DNA from: Lytechinus pictus | Taxonomy: Eukaryota | Reading direction: 5' to 3' | Length of the DNA stretch: 64,000 bases | Assembly (NCBI RefSeq): GCF_037042905.1 | Contig: NC_087249.1 | Location: 7,504,001 to 7,568,000, forward strand | In this document: in pieces, positions 1 to 12,450 of the stretch | Numbering within the stretch: position 1 is the stretch's first letter | Layout of the letters: every line of letters starts with the position of its first letter | Position numbers and translations under genes: made by a program | The notes under the pieces: model-generated | Seen by the model: only the letters and a program-made list of their open reading frames with translations | Told to the model about the DNA's origin: nothing | The model's database searches: none

Positions 1-3000
1 TTACACTTGGTTCTCAGACAGTTGACTCATTGCAGTCGGTGGCTGTTGAATGGTATGTTGCGATGGCTTTCGCAGACAGCATCGCAACTGCTCCCCGAGA
101 TACTTCCGAAACTGCGGCGCCGAGAAAGCGTACACGAAGGGATCGACTGCGCTACACGACTGGTACAATAGCATGAAGACAAAAAGGGCGATGCGCTCCC
201 TCACCATGCTCGTCCAGCCGACTGTCGCCCAGCCTGAGATGTACTTGTAGAGAAGATAGGTGCTGACGGGGGCGCGGAGGAGGAAAAACACCAGTAGGAT
301 CAGGACCACCATCCTTGTCAGTTTGGTCTGGAGGGCGCGGACCAGCCTGGTATTCTGTTGCTTAGCGATGGTTTGTTTCTTTCGGAAGGTGTTATTGAGC
401 ACGCGCCAGAGGATGCGGGCGTAGCAGACGATGAGGATGCTGCCCGGGATAATGAACATGACGGTGTAGGAGTACATGTGATTGGCAAGGTCCATGGGGG
501 TAGCTGGCCGGCAGACCAAGAAGTAAGACGGTATGTGCACCGTTAAGGAAGCTTGATATAACATAAAAGGCAAAAAAAAAAACGATTTTATTTTGGGGCA
601 TAAAAATAATGATTGTCATGAGATAATAAGTCCTACCGAACATGGACCCAATTTATAAAGGACTTGCAAACAGTGGCGTAATGACAGAAACAAATTAAGG
701 TGGTAAGAAACGGTGTATGGGGCAGAAATTATTCAAAACAATAAAGTTGCGAGAGAGCGAAACGAGCGAGCAAAAATTTCGAAATTTAAACAAAAAAAAT
801 CAAATTTTGTGATAGATCTTGACATAATCAGAATATGGTATTATATTTTATCCTTCTCTTTTTCCATTTCTTTCCTTTTCACTGTTTTTCGGTTGTGAAA
901 AAATTAAGGTGTGGCAGGTGCCCCCACCCCCCCCCCCACACCCCTCCCGTACGCCACTGCTTGCAAATATGGTAACCTTTGCCATAATTGCAACGATTAT
1001 GGTAGGGGTGCTCAGCAACCAATCAAAACAATAGCTTCCATTAGAAAGTAATATTTCTGCTCGTAATTAAAAAAAATAAACTCATCAAACAATTCGGAGA
1101 TCAAAGATTAGTGTAGGAGGGTCGCAAAATTATAGTTTTCGGGCAAATTCTAACAATAAAAAATTCAAGAGGTGATGGGATGATGTAATTATTTGACATA
1201 ATCTGCGATTGGATAGTCCAACAAAGGAAGAACTGTTTGAAGAAAGCGATTCGTTTTGTTGGAAGTACAATCTGTTTAAGAATGTGACTCAAAGGCTTCA
1301 GGCTGGCTCTGATATATAATAATAATACTACTAATAATAGGCATTTATATAGCGCCATCTATCTAGAAATATTATATTCCGAGACGCGTTAATATTATTA
1401 TTACCCCGGCTTTAGCTCGAGCTGCCCTTCAGCGCTCATGCATTCAATGAATTAATCCTGCCGGGTACCCATTCACCTCACCTGGGTTGAGTGCAGCACA
1501 ATGTAGATAAATTTCTTGCTGAAGGAAATTACGCCATGGCTGGGATGGGAAATAATATTGCGGAAAGAGCTATCAGCAATACGCACCCAACCAGCTAATG
1601 GTGATGGCGATAGAAACTCGGCGGCCATTCCAACGGCCGACTGATTGTAGAGGGTTGATGATCGCATCGTATCGGGTGAGGGTTAGGAGAAGCAATGTGA
1701 AGCACGAAACTTGATATGTCACCTGAGAGAGAAACCGAGAGAAAGGGGAAGGTATTTAGGATGGGTAAGATCCGGGGGTAAGATGAGGAGGATCGAGGAT
1801 GATGATGATGATGATGATGATGAAGATGATGATGTTAATGGTGATGATGGTGATGATTAGGGTTATGATGATGATGATGACGATGATGGTGATTACGATG
1901 ATGATGATGATTACGATGACGAAGATTACGATGATGATGATAATGATGATTACGATTATTATGAAGATATTGATGACGATGATGATGATGATGATTTTTT
2001 ATGATTATAAAAAATGATGGTGGTGGTATAATAATTATAATTACGGTGATGATAAGGTTGATAATGGTGATAATGATATAATGATGGCGATGATGGTGAA
2101 AATGAGGTTGATGATGATTACGATAAGCTTGTTGTTGTTGATGATGATGGTGGTGTTGGAAGTGATGGTTGTTGCAGATGGTCGTATGTCATTCACTTGA
2201 AAGTCACGCCAAAAGAAAGATATATGATATTGAAGATAATTGCGATGATGGTAATTATTATTATTATTTGTTTTGGCGTCACCTGTGCCTGGGAGGCAAA
2301 AAGCGAACTGAATCACTATGACCCGCAGGTCTCTCCTCCCGATATAACTGATTGGGGGAATGCAGGTGGACCACTACACCGGGGTTTCCCCCCTACTCTT
2401 ATACGAATAGTGCAGTGGGTTCTTAACGTGCAAAGGTAGTGACTCTCCTCTACACGGGGCCTCCATTTAACGTCCTATCCGAGGGACGGAGTGTTTTCCA
2501 TTGTAACATAGCCTGCATTTATGAAACATGGGAGAGACGTTTACACACAACGCACTGACTTCAGTCATCCTCCCGGGGTGGACTCGAACCCACGATCTTT
2601 GGTTCGACGGGCAGACGCGTTACCGACTGAGCCAACAATGATTGATGAAGGTGCCGGTGATGATGAGATGGTTGTGATGATGCGATTGTAGTGGTGGTGT
2701 AGGTGGTGATGTTGTAGCTGTTGATTATGATGATGATAATGATACTGAAGATGTTAACATATGCTGACGTTGATGATCTCAATCTGCATTTTTAATCATG
2801 TATTTAAAAAATAAAAGAAATTTGTAGGGAGAAGAGTTTGTCGACGAAGATCGATTTAAATAAATGCCAGCTTTTGTATTTCATGACGTTGTTGCCACGC
2901 TTCTCTCGATTTTAACCGATCCCTGTCCCGATCTCTACCGATGTGATGATCGGAATAGATCGGGGTTTCAGATGCAGAAAGTGCACATCAGTGACGTGTC

Positions 3001-6000
3001 GAGTCCGGGTACCCCGAGTCCGAGTCCTACAAACACGGACTGATCCGAATTGCTTGGGGGAATTTTTGATAATTAAAGATCTCTGGCTTGCTCCCAGTAA
3101 TCAGGAGAGAGTTTCATGAAATGACTCGTTTTATCCGACAAAGTCTTTTTATCAGACAGTTATTATAGAAGCAGTGCTTTCTAGCCAATCAAAATCAAGG
3201 GAAATTGTCAGATCAGACTACTTGTTTGGCGAAAATGTTGATGGAACGCTCCCAGATTTTCGACCTGATAAACAACAACAACAAAGTTCTTGAGTTCCTC
3301 TATCAAAATGCGTAAAAGATAAAGCGGTGTTAGAATATAGCGGTACAATTAACATCGATGCATCGAAGCCTATAAGAGAACTGATCGACCTAGCATCAAG
3401 AATCGGCAGAACCTTTCATTAAATGCCTTAATCACATTCGCCGGCCGGTGGCGGGACATCAGGGGTAGCCGATGGAGTAAGCGATTTTTGTTTTCAGCGG
3501 TTCTCACCGGCCAAATAATCCTTGACAAATCGCAGGTACAAATACCATCGAGCGGAGGCCGTCCATACGCCCACAATTCTGTTGGGCCAGAGAGGCAGTG
3601 ATTAACGGCCGGACATCGCCTGGACATCCTACGGTGCTCTTACGATGGTCGGATGATGAACCCGACATCGTACGATTATCGGTAGAGTAGCCTACATTCA
3701 TCGTACGATGCCTTGGAGATTGTCGGCCGCTGTACTTTCCCTCTTGGCATCTTCTTTATTTATGTTGCGTTGTGTAGTATAGCCTACAAACGCGCTGAAA
3801 GTTGTACATGCGCCGAAGTAAGGCGGTTTATAAAGGGCCCCCGATGCATCTGTGTCTGTGATCACCGACCGTTATCCTGCCGATGGCAATCACATTGGTC
3901 ATACATCGATTATACAACGATGCATACCAGTCAGATATCGGTCGGTTAGTGACTATGACCGATTATCGACCGATGTCTTCTCTCAAGGACTTGACATCCG
4001 GTGCAAGAGACACCGGTCGGTTCTCGGCAGGATATCGGGCGATACATAAACGATGTGTCAAGGATGGTTGGGCGATTAGAAAGATCGGTGGGGACATCAG
4101 AAATTTTTAACTCCCAGTTATCATTGTCCGATCACCCCCATAGTACCACAGGTGTCCAGCCGGCAACCAGCCCAAAATGGCAAATCGCAAGCAAATCTAC
4201 ATCGTCATACCACAGTCACATCCCAGTCTGATTCGGTTACGATGAACTTGCGATGAGTTTTTGGCCTTTTTCGACTGGTTGCCGGCCGGCGGACATCCGT
4301 GGTCGTTGTCCGATGACCAAGGATCTCAGGTAGCATCGGAGGGGTGTGTGTGTGTGTGTGTATTTGAGTTTTGTCAGACGTGTATCAATCAGATATGATT
4401 ATTTACGTCTGGGACCGACCTTTAACGTCACCGTCCGAAAGACGTGACCAGGGCCTCGAACCTCGAACTACTGCATCAATTTGTAACTTCCCCACAGCTT
4501 GGATTACAGGTGCACGCCACAACGCCCAGTTTATCGGACAAAGATGTCTTGGAGTAAAATTCTTCAGATGTCTCCACCGATATCGCGCCCACCCATCCTT
4601 GACACATCGTTTAAGTATCGGCGGCCGTGAATCGACCGGTGTCCCTATAGCATCGGAGGTCAAGTCCTTGAGCGGAGACATCGGACGGACATCGGCCGAT
4701 TATCGACAGTTGTCTGTCCGGACATAAGTCACTCACCGACTGACGGGTATGCATGGATGTATGATCGATGTATGACCAAGGTGATTGACATTGGCCGGAC
4801 ATCGGTCGGTGATCACAGGTACATCGGGAGCCCTTTATAATCTGCATTATTTTGCATGTACAACTTTCAGTGCATCTGCACACTATACAACACAACACAA
4901 ATATGCCAAGAGAGAAAGTACACCCGCCAACATTCGTCTAGGCATCGTCGGATGTCCGTAGGATACTCTACCAATGCTCGTGTGATGTCCGGTTCATCGT
5001 CTGGCTATCGCACGAGCACCGTAGGATTAATCGGATTATAGTTGTATTTCCAAATCCAAGTTGAAGTCTATCATTATCATGAGTCGTGAAGCTTTATGAT
5101 AATAATCTGCCTCTATACATTTGTATGAATATATATATATATATGTATATTATAATGTGATGACAAGTTTACTTGTACCAAACGCTCTTGAGGTGTGAGT
5201 ATGAAACATGAGATGAGGCCAACTCAAAATATGACGCAGGACACCATGGTGTCCTGCGTCATCTTTTGAGTTGGCCTCATCTCATTATATATGTATATTA
5301 TATATATATTTTTTTTTTTTTGGGGGGGGGATATCATCCACAAGCTGACATATCAGAGAACTGTTTACGTTATCACAAAGCCAGTATTATTCCTACAAAC
5401 TATATTTTTTGTCTTAAACGAAAGTTCATTAGTAAAGGATTTATTCGTTGTTCACCAAGAGCTTCTCATTATTCAAAAGGCATACAAACAGAAAATCAGC
5501 AAAGCACATCTTCAATACCTTTGAAATGAGATTTAGATGTCGTTTTGCACTACAGGAAATCTCCGTGAATCAAGTCCGTGATCCGTTAAGCACGATATAA
5601 CTTCAATTTTGTATCGTTCTACAAAAAGTTGATTAGCTTAAGATTTATCTTAACTCCACAAGAGCCTATTTTAGATTTAGCAACTTTTTTAACCTCGTTT
5701 ATTTAGCCAATGATACAGTCACGAAAAAGATTATGCGCAACTGCGGTACCTTGCAAATCTTAAGAAGCCTGTATGACACAATAACGGACACAATAATAAC
5801 TTTCACACCTACAATTATTTTTTTTTTGGTTTACATGGACGGATTATTGTTCTCATCGCTTGTTTTATTAGTATATATATATTTTTTAAATGAACTACTT
5901 GCTCAGTTGGGTCCCTTTTCTTTTAATCAAAGTTTGTAGAATGTATTTTTTTCACCGAGCATAGTCACTTTCTACAGTAATAATTGGTTTATTATATTTT

Positions 6001-6016
6001 TATGTATGTATGTATG

Positions 6017-6114
<98 letters not shown>

Positions 6115-9100
6115 CAGTGCGTCCCACAAAAAACGAAACCGAGATTTGTCGATGATTTATCATAACTTAATTACAAATACAATATACAAATGACCTACCA
6201 TTGTAAAGCTTAGAATATCCCCTTTCATCTGATATTACTTAGATTATAACTCATTCACACATGAGTGAGCAAAAGCAATCTGAAGAAAGGATACCAAAAA
6301 CTCATTTGGCGGGGGGTATCTGAATTTAAAAAAGAAAATCGCATGCCTAAAAAGTTCAAAACAAATTTTCGGAGTATTTCATTTCTGATGTCTATTTCGA
6401 ACAATAAAAAATATGGATTTTCATATATATATATATCCCCATTTGCACACGGCAATGAGTCACCACCAAATGAATTACCTGCTTTTCAAATTTCATCCCC
6501 AATAATAAATTAGAATTTTTTTCGTAATGTCTTCATACGTGATTCCGACAGATTCCCTCCACATTAATGTGTAGGGCCTTCGGAATTAAATGGTTTGCAA
6601 TTCGTCTGTTCTTTAATTTCACCTGTTTTTCACGTCACTTCACGCCACATTAGATCAGCACTGCATTATATGGGCCTCACTCACTTCACGGGATTTTAAG
6701 CAAATCGGTGGTGAAATCGATTATAATTTTATATAGCCAAACATCCGAGCCGTGCTGCTTTCAAAGCAGGCCGCAATTATATACTCCTAGCTGCAGAATA
6801 AACGCTGTTAAAAATTCTATACTACGCACTTAAAATGTCGGGCAACATACTGTCCACTGTGTTGGGTAATGTATGTTGGTAAGAAATATATTGATATTCT
6901 TGGCAATTATTATCCAATGGAGCAAATTTTTACCAAATTAGGTTTTATTACTCAATTTGGACATATTTTTTGCCCAACTATTCTAAGAGTGTACGCTGTT
7001 TACCATATGACTCCTACAGTAGTTGTTAAACAGTTTAAACAACCATCCTTAATGTATCGAGAATCAAGTATCAAAATAAAAATTTATTGTTTAAGATTTT
7101 AAGTTTTTTAATGTTTAAACAATTACTGTCAGGTTCATATATTAAATATTCAAATAGCGTTTTTACTGTTTACATTTATTCGCACGATTCACTTTATTAT
7201 CTCCTGCTAAGTAATTTGTATCTTCACTGTAAAACTAATCTTCGAATTCATTTCATATTCCGTTTTCTTGAAGTTCCCTTTTAGCGGTTTCCATTTATCT
7301 GGATTTATGCTCAAAGTTTCATCATGTTGTACTTGTGTTTTTGTTTATACTGTTTATACGAATATTTTAATAGGAGGCTGCATTCTACAAGCTTCGCTTT
7401 TTAGCAACCTCCTCCGCTCCCAAGCTGTTCGTATGGTTATCTTGATTATTATACATATAAATATTCGTTGTTTTATTGATTATGTATCAAGATGTATGGA
7501 ACTAAACATATTGTAAATGATTGTTGGAAATGGAAATAAATGAAATGCATATAAAATGACATATTCTTCACGCTAGACTGTGCACGTGAACAAGTGGTGG
7601 GTCCCTGGGGGGGGGGGGGGCAGGATGACCGATATATTTTTTTAAATATACAATAAGACTATGTCATAATCATAAATTCAATGAAACATTTTTATCACAC
7701 AAATAAAATGATAATGAACAAGGATATTTAGGCATGTAATTTACTCAAGATATATATATGAAAAAAAACAACGAATGACATACAGCTAAGATAGAAACAT
7801 AAATGAATCATGGAGCCTACATTATACATTAAGTATAATGGGTCGCGTGGTCCAGTGGTTAGAGCATTGGACTCATAATCGCAAGGTTGCGAGTTCGAAT
7901 CCCCACTCCGATTGTATCCACTTTGATTTAAAAAAAGGCCCGAGAGTAATATCTATCGTCTATAAGGTCAGCCACTATGTCTGATTAACCTAGGTAATTG
8001 GTTATATACAAGCTTGGCGTTTACCAGCAAAACGCTGCACAGTGGGCCAGAATGAGTTGAAAGTGCGCCAAAATCATATTCCGTGTTATATTTTTACTTT
8101 ATCATGTTAAGGGTAATATTGGGCGTAGAATCGACTGAACATAATTTAAAGCCGATATGACGTCGCTTTGATACCAAATTTTGATTGGCTACTTAACACC
8201 TATCTGTGAAAAGACAAATTACGCTAAACAATGTGCAGTATATAAACTTTGTGTTATGTGTTACTTTATGATTGACCAGACATGCCACAGTGAATGTTGG
8301 TTTATGTTTCTCACCTGCCTAAAAAGTGTGTACGAGATCCTGAAAATAATTTTATGGCATCAAAATGATCATCAGATTTAAAAAATACTTTAAAATCTGA
8401 AAAATATTAACCGTGTTTTATCAGGCTGTGTAAACTTGGGTAAAACGCAGAGTATATAACACCACGAATGTTTTACTATATGAGGATGGTGTTTGGCTGA
8501 AATTATTCTACAAGTAACTTTTATCTCTGGAAGAGGGGCGGGTAGCCCTTATATGCGTTATCAACCTTCATTTTTATTTACATTATTGCCCGGAATTCAT
8601 GTTATTTTCATGGAATGGAAGGAAAAACCGTCCTTGCCGTGCAAAAATGAACGGCAATGTACACCCCCACACGATGCGCTGCGATGACTGCGCGGCCGGG
8701 TATAGAAATGACCGTTTTTAACAGGTTTTGGGGGTGTTGTGTCAAGTGAAATCGGGTCCAACATGAAAACGGGCAAAAACGGGCAGCTAAATTTGATATC
8801 GACTTAAAACTTAGACATCGGGCAAAATGATGATGATAGAATTTAAACGGAAATCCACGGAAATCTAAACGTTTCTAATGTAAATGCAAAAAACATGGAT
8901 TATCAGCCTATTTCGAGGAATAATAATCCTATAAATCTCCTGAAATGTGTCTTTTATCTACTTTGAACCCTTTCACACGAAAAAAAAAGAATATATCAGC
9001 ATTATGTGGGTACCATTTCAGATTCCTAAATGAAAAACCTCCTGTAAAATGGCTTGTTTTTCAACTAAGTTGTCATATACGCGGCATTTCGCAAAATGTC

Positions 9101-10520
9101 ACATTTTACGATTTGAGGTAGGAAATTGACAACCTTTATGCAAATTCCCGAATTAAATATTTTGCTGAAGTATTCTTCAAAGTGTTGTCTTTCAGCCGGG
9201 CATGACAAAAATTAAAAATCTGAAATTGCCCAAAATGACTTTTGGCGCACTTTTGTTTCGCCCCGGCCCACTGTGCGCTGGCCTGCCGAGTTCCTACGGG
9301 AGTTTCCATAAACAGAAGTAAGGTTGATCAGGCCATAGTCCGCAGGGGGAGGGGGATGTTTTTTGTTGTTGTAATAACTGGAGAACGGATATTATGAAAA
9401 CGACCAATCGAAAATTTCAAATTGAAAAAGAAAAATAGTTGAAGCAAAACTAACGGGCAACACAAAATACCACATTATGTAGATTACAATGTATAGCCAC
9501 AGTGTTAAGAGAATTACGATCAGCTATTGCTTGGCTGTACAGTCATGCTTTATACAAATAAAACCCCATACCAGCATATTATTTATTATTATTATTATTA
9601 CTTATTATTTGTACTGCGCTTTTCCCATTAGGCCCAAAGCGCTTACAATGAATTAATTAAATGTAATATTTAAAAAAATACCAAGTACGAAAGAGATGAG
9701 TTTTTAATGACTTTTTGAAAATTGCTAATGTTGGAGACTGTCTAATTATTAGTGGCAGGTCGTTCCAGGATTTTGAAGCCGGCACCGTAAAAGTTCTGTC
9801 ACCAGCTAATGTACGAGTTAATGAATATGTGAGGCGAAGGTGATCACTGGCCGACCTAAGTGCTCTAGTTGGTGTATACAGATTCAAGCAGTTACTTAAA
9901 TACTGTGGAGCCTGTTTATTCAGTGTTTTGTAGACAATCAAGAGTAATTTGAACGTAATTCTCTGTTTAAAAGGAAGCCAGTGGAGAGAATTAAAGAGTG
10001 GTTGGGAAGGATGATCTCGGGAAACCTGTAGAATTAATCGTGCTGCCCAATTTTGTAGCCGTTGAATACGGATTAATTGATCAGAGGGAATTGTAGAAAG
10101 GAGCCCGTTGCAATAATCGATACGAGACAGAACCAATGAACGAACAGCATATCGTGACGAGAACAAAAATACTCTGCTTCGATTTAACGTAGCTTTAAAG
10201 AATTTAGTTATTTCATTCAGTTTCATTTTCAAATGTATAATGATGGACTTTCAATCAAACCTAGAGGAAGTGAACTTTAGAAACTCAGTCCTGGACGGGA
10301 TCCTGTAAACACAATACTCTCTCTAAAAAAATGTGAATAGTTCACTCCCCAGGAGTTTAAAAACTGCAGTGGTTTAATAAAGTGACTTTTATCTGAATTT
10401 CATCCCTTTAAAAGTGAAATTTGTGTGAAACATGCATATCTTCTCTCTAAATGCACTCCAAATCGAGTGATCATTTACGTCATTACAAAGGGGAGTGAAC
10501 ATTCACTCCTTTTCTGAGAT

Positions 10521-10552
<32 letters not shown>

Positions 10553-12175
10553 GGGGAGAGAATAGGGCCTTATTTGGTGGGGGGGGGGGCGCAGTTGCGA
10601 ACATTGCTCGAGTGCGTGGAAGGAGACATTACCGACTTTTCGCAATTGCAACGGGGAAGAATATCTACAACATGGTACATCTATTGAAAATGTTGGGCAT
10701 ATCACAATGGACAGCTTTGAGGTCTTTGTCGAAATATGGTGAACCGGGACAGCAGATCGTCTTGAGATTTGGACCTGATGAAAAATTAGCAAATATCTCA
10801 TTTGTCCAGAGTCTATGAAGACATTGCTGTTTTGAATCACCGATTTTCGACAAAGGCTGCTTTGCCATGAAGGGCTTTTACAATAGATTCTCAACGTTCC
10901 AGAATACGTCTGCGTAGTAGTGGTTTATTTCCAATTCGTCAAATTGCCAACTCGTCTACTATCATTTGGTCTACCATCAGTTCGTCCACTATCCACATGG
11001 TCTAATTGCCGATTCGTCCACTCACCATTTCGTCTTATAACCAGTTGGTCCAATAGCCATTTAGTCCATATACCATTCGGTCTAATTGGACTGAGTGGTA
11101 ATTGTGCAAAATGAAAGAAAATGAAATGGATATTAGACCAACTGGTTATGAGACGAAGTGGTCATAGACGAAATGGTGATAAGACGAAGTGATGATTGGA
11201 CCAAATGGTTATTGGACCAAATGGTTGTTTGGCGGGATGTTAATGGACGGAGTGGCTTTAGACTAAATGAAATTAGACCATGTGGTGAGTGGACGAGCTG
11301 GTAGTAGACGAACTCTAGTATCAGATGGTAAAATGTATTTAAATAGTAGACTTTTGTCATCATCAATCCAAAGTAAAGAGAGTAATTGCGAAGAATTGGT
11401 TTAGATCGTAGTAAAACATAAATAGAAGCTGGTCAAATTAGGGGATATTTTGTCCACTTTGTGAAAGATCCTATTATGCTTTAAATTAAAATTACAATGT
11501 TATGCGCTTTTATTAAGGTACTCTTTGCAATATTGGGTAACTTTTTTGGAAATCAAATATGAATGGCATATAGGCATACAGTTACATATTATAAGACTCG
11601 ACATGTGTGTATTTTTAGAAAGAAAAAGAAAAATATTGCAAGAAAATTGGGTATTTCAAATGTATTAAAATGAATAAGCCTATACAACTCAAAGGAAATC
11701 GTTTGATGAGTTTGATTGCGGGATAATAGTTTTCTGAGTTATTACATATTAAAAAAATTGGCTGGTGATGGGACAAAATTGTTTCGTACTTGATAAAGAG
11801 GAAGATCTGGCTACTCACATAGTAAAAGTATCTGTAAATGCCGCCGCATTGACCTAAGGAGTAAGACCTGAACACATCTGCCAATGACATAATGGCTATC
11901 ACAAAATCGGATGTGAGGAGATTTGCGATGAAGTAGTTGTTTATGCTGTGAAAAGACTTCTCTTTGGCGATGAGCAGAAGGGCGATGCTGATGAAGACGA
12001 TGGCCACAGCCGAGAGCACGATTTGGATTCGCTTGTACCAGAAAATCGCTCTTTGCAGGAGCCCATAAGGGGGAATGTCAGGATAAAAGTCGACCGTAGT
12101 GGCGTTCTCGAAGGCGAAGTCACTCCCGTCGTACATGTCGTACGCGTAATCGACGAAGAGCGCAGTGCTATTCAT
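1..12175 (-). CDS. Divergent rhodopsin-class (class A) GPCR, 3 coding exons: complement(join(1..551,1587..1722,11819..12175)), 347 aa
   Basis: Exon 1 is MNSTALF...[12 protein letters not shown]...[10 protein letters not shown]|gtgagt (phase 0). Exon 2 is cag|[25 protein letters not shown]...ITISWL|gtgcgt (phase 1). Exon 3 is aag|ASLTVHIP...[12 protein letters not shown]...[15 protein letters not shown]...TAA at 1-3. Lengths 357+136+551=1044 keep the frame. Seven hydrophobic segments and N-terminal glycosylation sequons are present. Confidence 0.9.
671..959. mobile_element. hAT-type MITE
   Basis: TIR CAGTGGCGTA/TACGCCACTG with a perfect 8-bp TSD CTTGCAAA at 663-670 and 960-967. Confidence 0.9.
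1318..1545 (-). mobile_element. 5'-truncated SINE body with (TTA)n-like tail
   Basis: Shares the core GCACTC(G/A)ACCCAGGTGAGGTGA.TGGGTACCC with the tRNA-headed copy at 21701-21850. Confidence 0.7.
1798..2260. repeat. Degenerate (GAT)n/(GGT)n microsatellite, resuming at 2637-2780
   Basis: Visible trinucleotide repeat; it explains the poly-Met ORF. Confidence 0.95.
2255..2636 (-). mobile_element. tRNA-derived SINE with a Deu/Nin-like central domain
   Basis: Minus strand has A box TGGCTCAGTCGG and B box GGTTCGAGTCC. Central motifs GGACGTTAAA and GCACGTTAAGAACCC resemble the conserved DeuSINE/Nin domain (recalled, not searched). Confidence 0.7.
3628..5025. repeat. Diverged long inverted repeat, arms about 3628-4114 and 4551-5025; probably an old foldback or MITE-derived structure
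   Basis: cctacggtgct pairs with agcaccgtagg, and aaacgatgtgtcaaggatgg pairs with ccatccttgacacatcgttt. CpG-rich compared with the flanks. Confidence 0.8.
6001..6114. repeat. (TATG)n/(TA)n microsatellite
   Basis: Directly visible. Confidence 0.97.
6115..6510. mobile_element. Partial Tc1/mariner-type MITE
   Basis: Starts TA|CAGTGCGTCCCACAAAAAACGAAACCGAGAT, the same terminus type as 40955. The right end was not found. Confidence 0.55.
7840..9315 (+). mobile_element. tRNA-derived SINE (7840-8037 and 9281-9315) split by the Transib element
   Basis: A box TGGTCCAGTGG and B box AGTTCGAATCC. The body appears to resume after the second TSD copy. Confidence 0.7.
8038..9275. mobile_element. Non-autonomous Transib/RAG-superfamily DNA transposon
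   Basis: Both ends begin CACAGTGGGCC, with imperfect TIRs of about 40 bp. A perfect GC-rich 5-bp TSD CGCTG lies at 8033-8037 and 9276-9280. No transposase ORF is present. Confidence 0.88.
9580..10165 (-). mobile_element. 3' end of an L2/CR1-clade LINE (ORF2 C-terminus plus tail)
   Basis: [14 protein letters not shown]...[13 protein letters not shown]...LHWLP...APQYL...WNDLP...[10 protein letters not shown], followed by a GCGCT(TT)...AAGCGC stem and a (TAA)n tail. Confidence 0.9.
10922..11320. mobile_element. Palindromic MITE of the GGTTTATTTCCAATTCGTC family
   Basis: Homologous to 25038-25423 and 51772-52167; internally self-complementary. Confidence 0.8.
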
Positions 12176-12312
12176 CCTGCCTCTTCTCCGGTGAAAAGAG
12201 GTATGTGAGATTCTTCTATTCGCTCGACGATTGCGTCGAGATGTTTGACTGTTGGTTGGATTTTCATTTTTTTTAATGTGTTATACGGATTAGTATAGCA
12301 ATGTCCGTCCAG

Positions 12313-12450
12313 GGGCTCGTTGCATATAAGTTACTATTATGGTAACTTCCATGGAATCCTTGATTCTGATTGGCTGTTGACCATTGTTACCATGGTAGTG
12401 ACCATTGGATGGCAGATTTACCTCAATAGTAACTTTTATGCAACGGGCCC
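12313..12450. mobile_element. PIF/Harbinger-type MITE
   Basis: TIR GGGCTCGTTGCATA/TATGCAACGGGCCC flanked by a 3-bp CAG duplication. Confidence 0.7.

Noticed and set aside
1799..2017. Poly-Met ORF
   Set aside because: Translation of a (GAT)n microsatellite.
7840..7912. tRNA-like sequences here and at 2565-2636, 21701-21770 and 46100-46173
   Set aside because: A and B boxes are present, but there is no well-paired acceptor stem and each runs into a SINE body, so these are SINE heads and not tRNA genes.
9657..10232. 191-aa ORF as a host gene
   Set aside because: It is the C-terminus of a 5'-truncated L2/CR1 ORF2; its start lies in unrelated flank.
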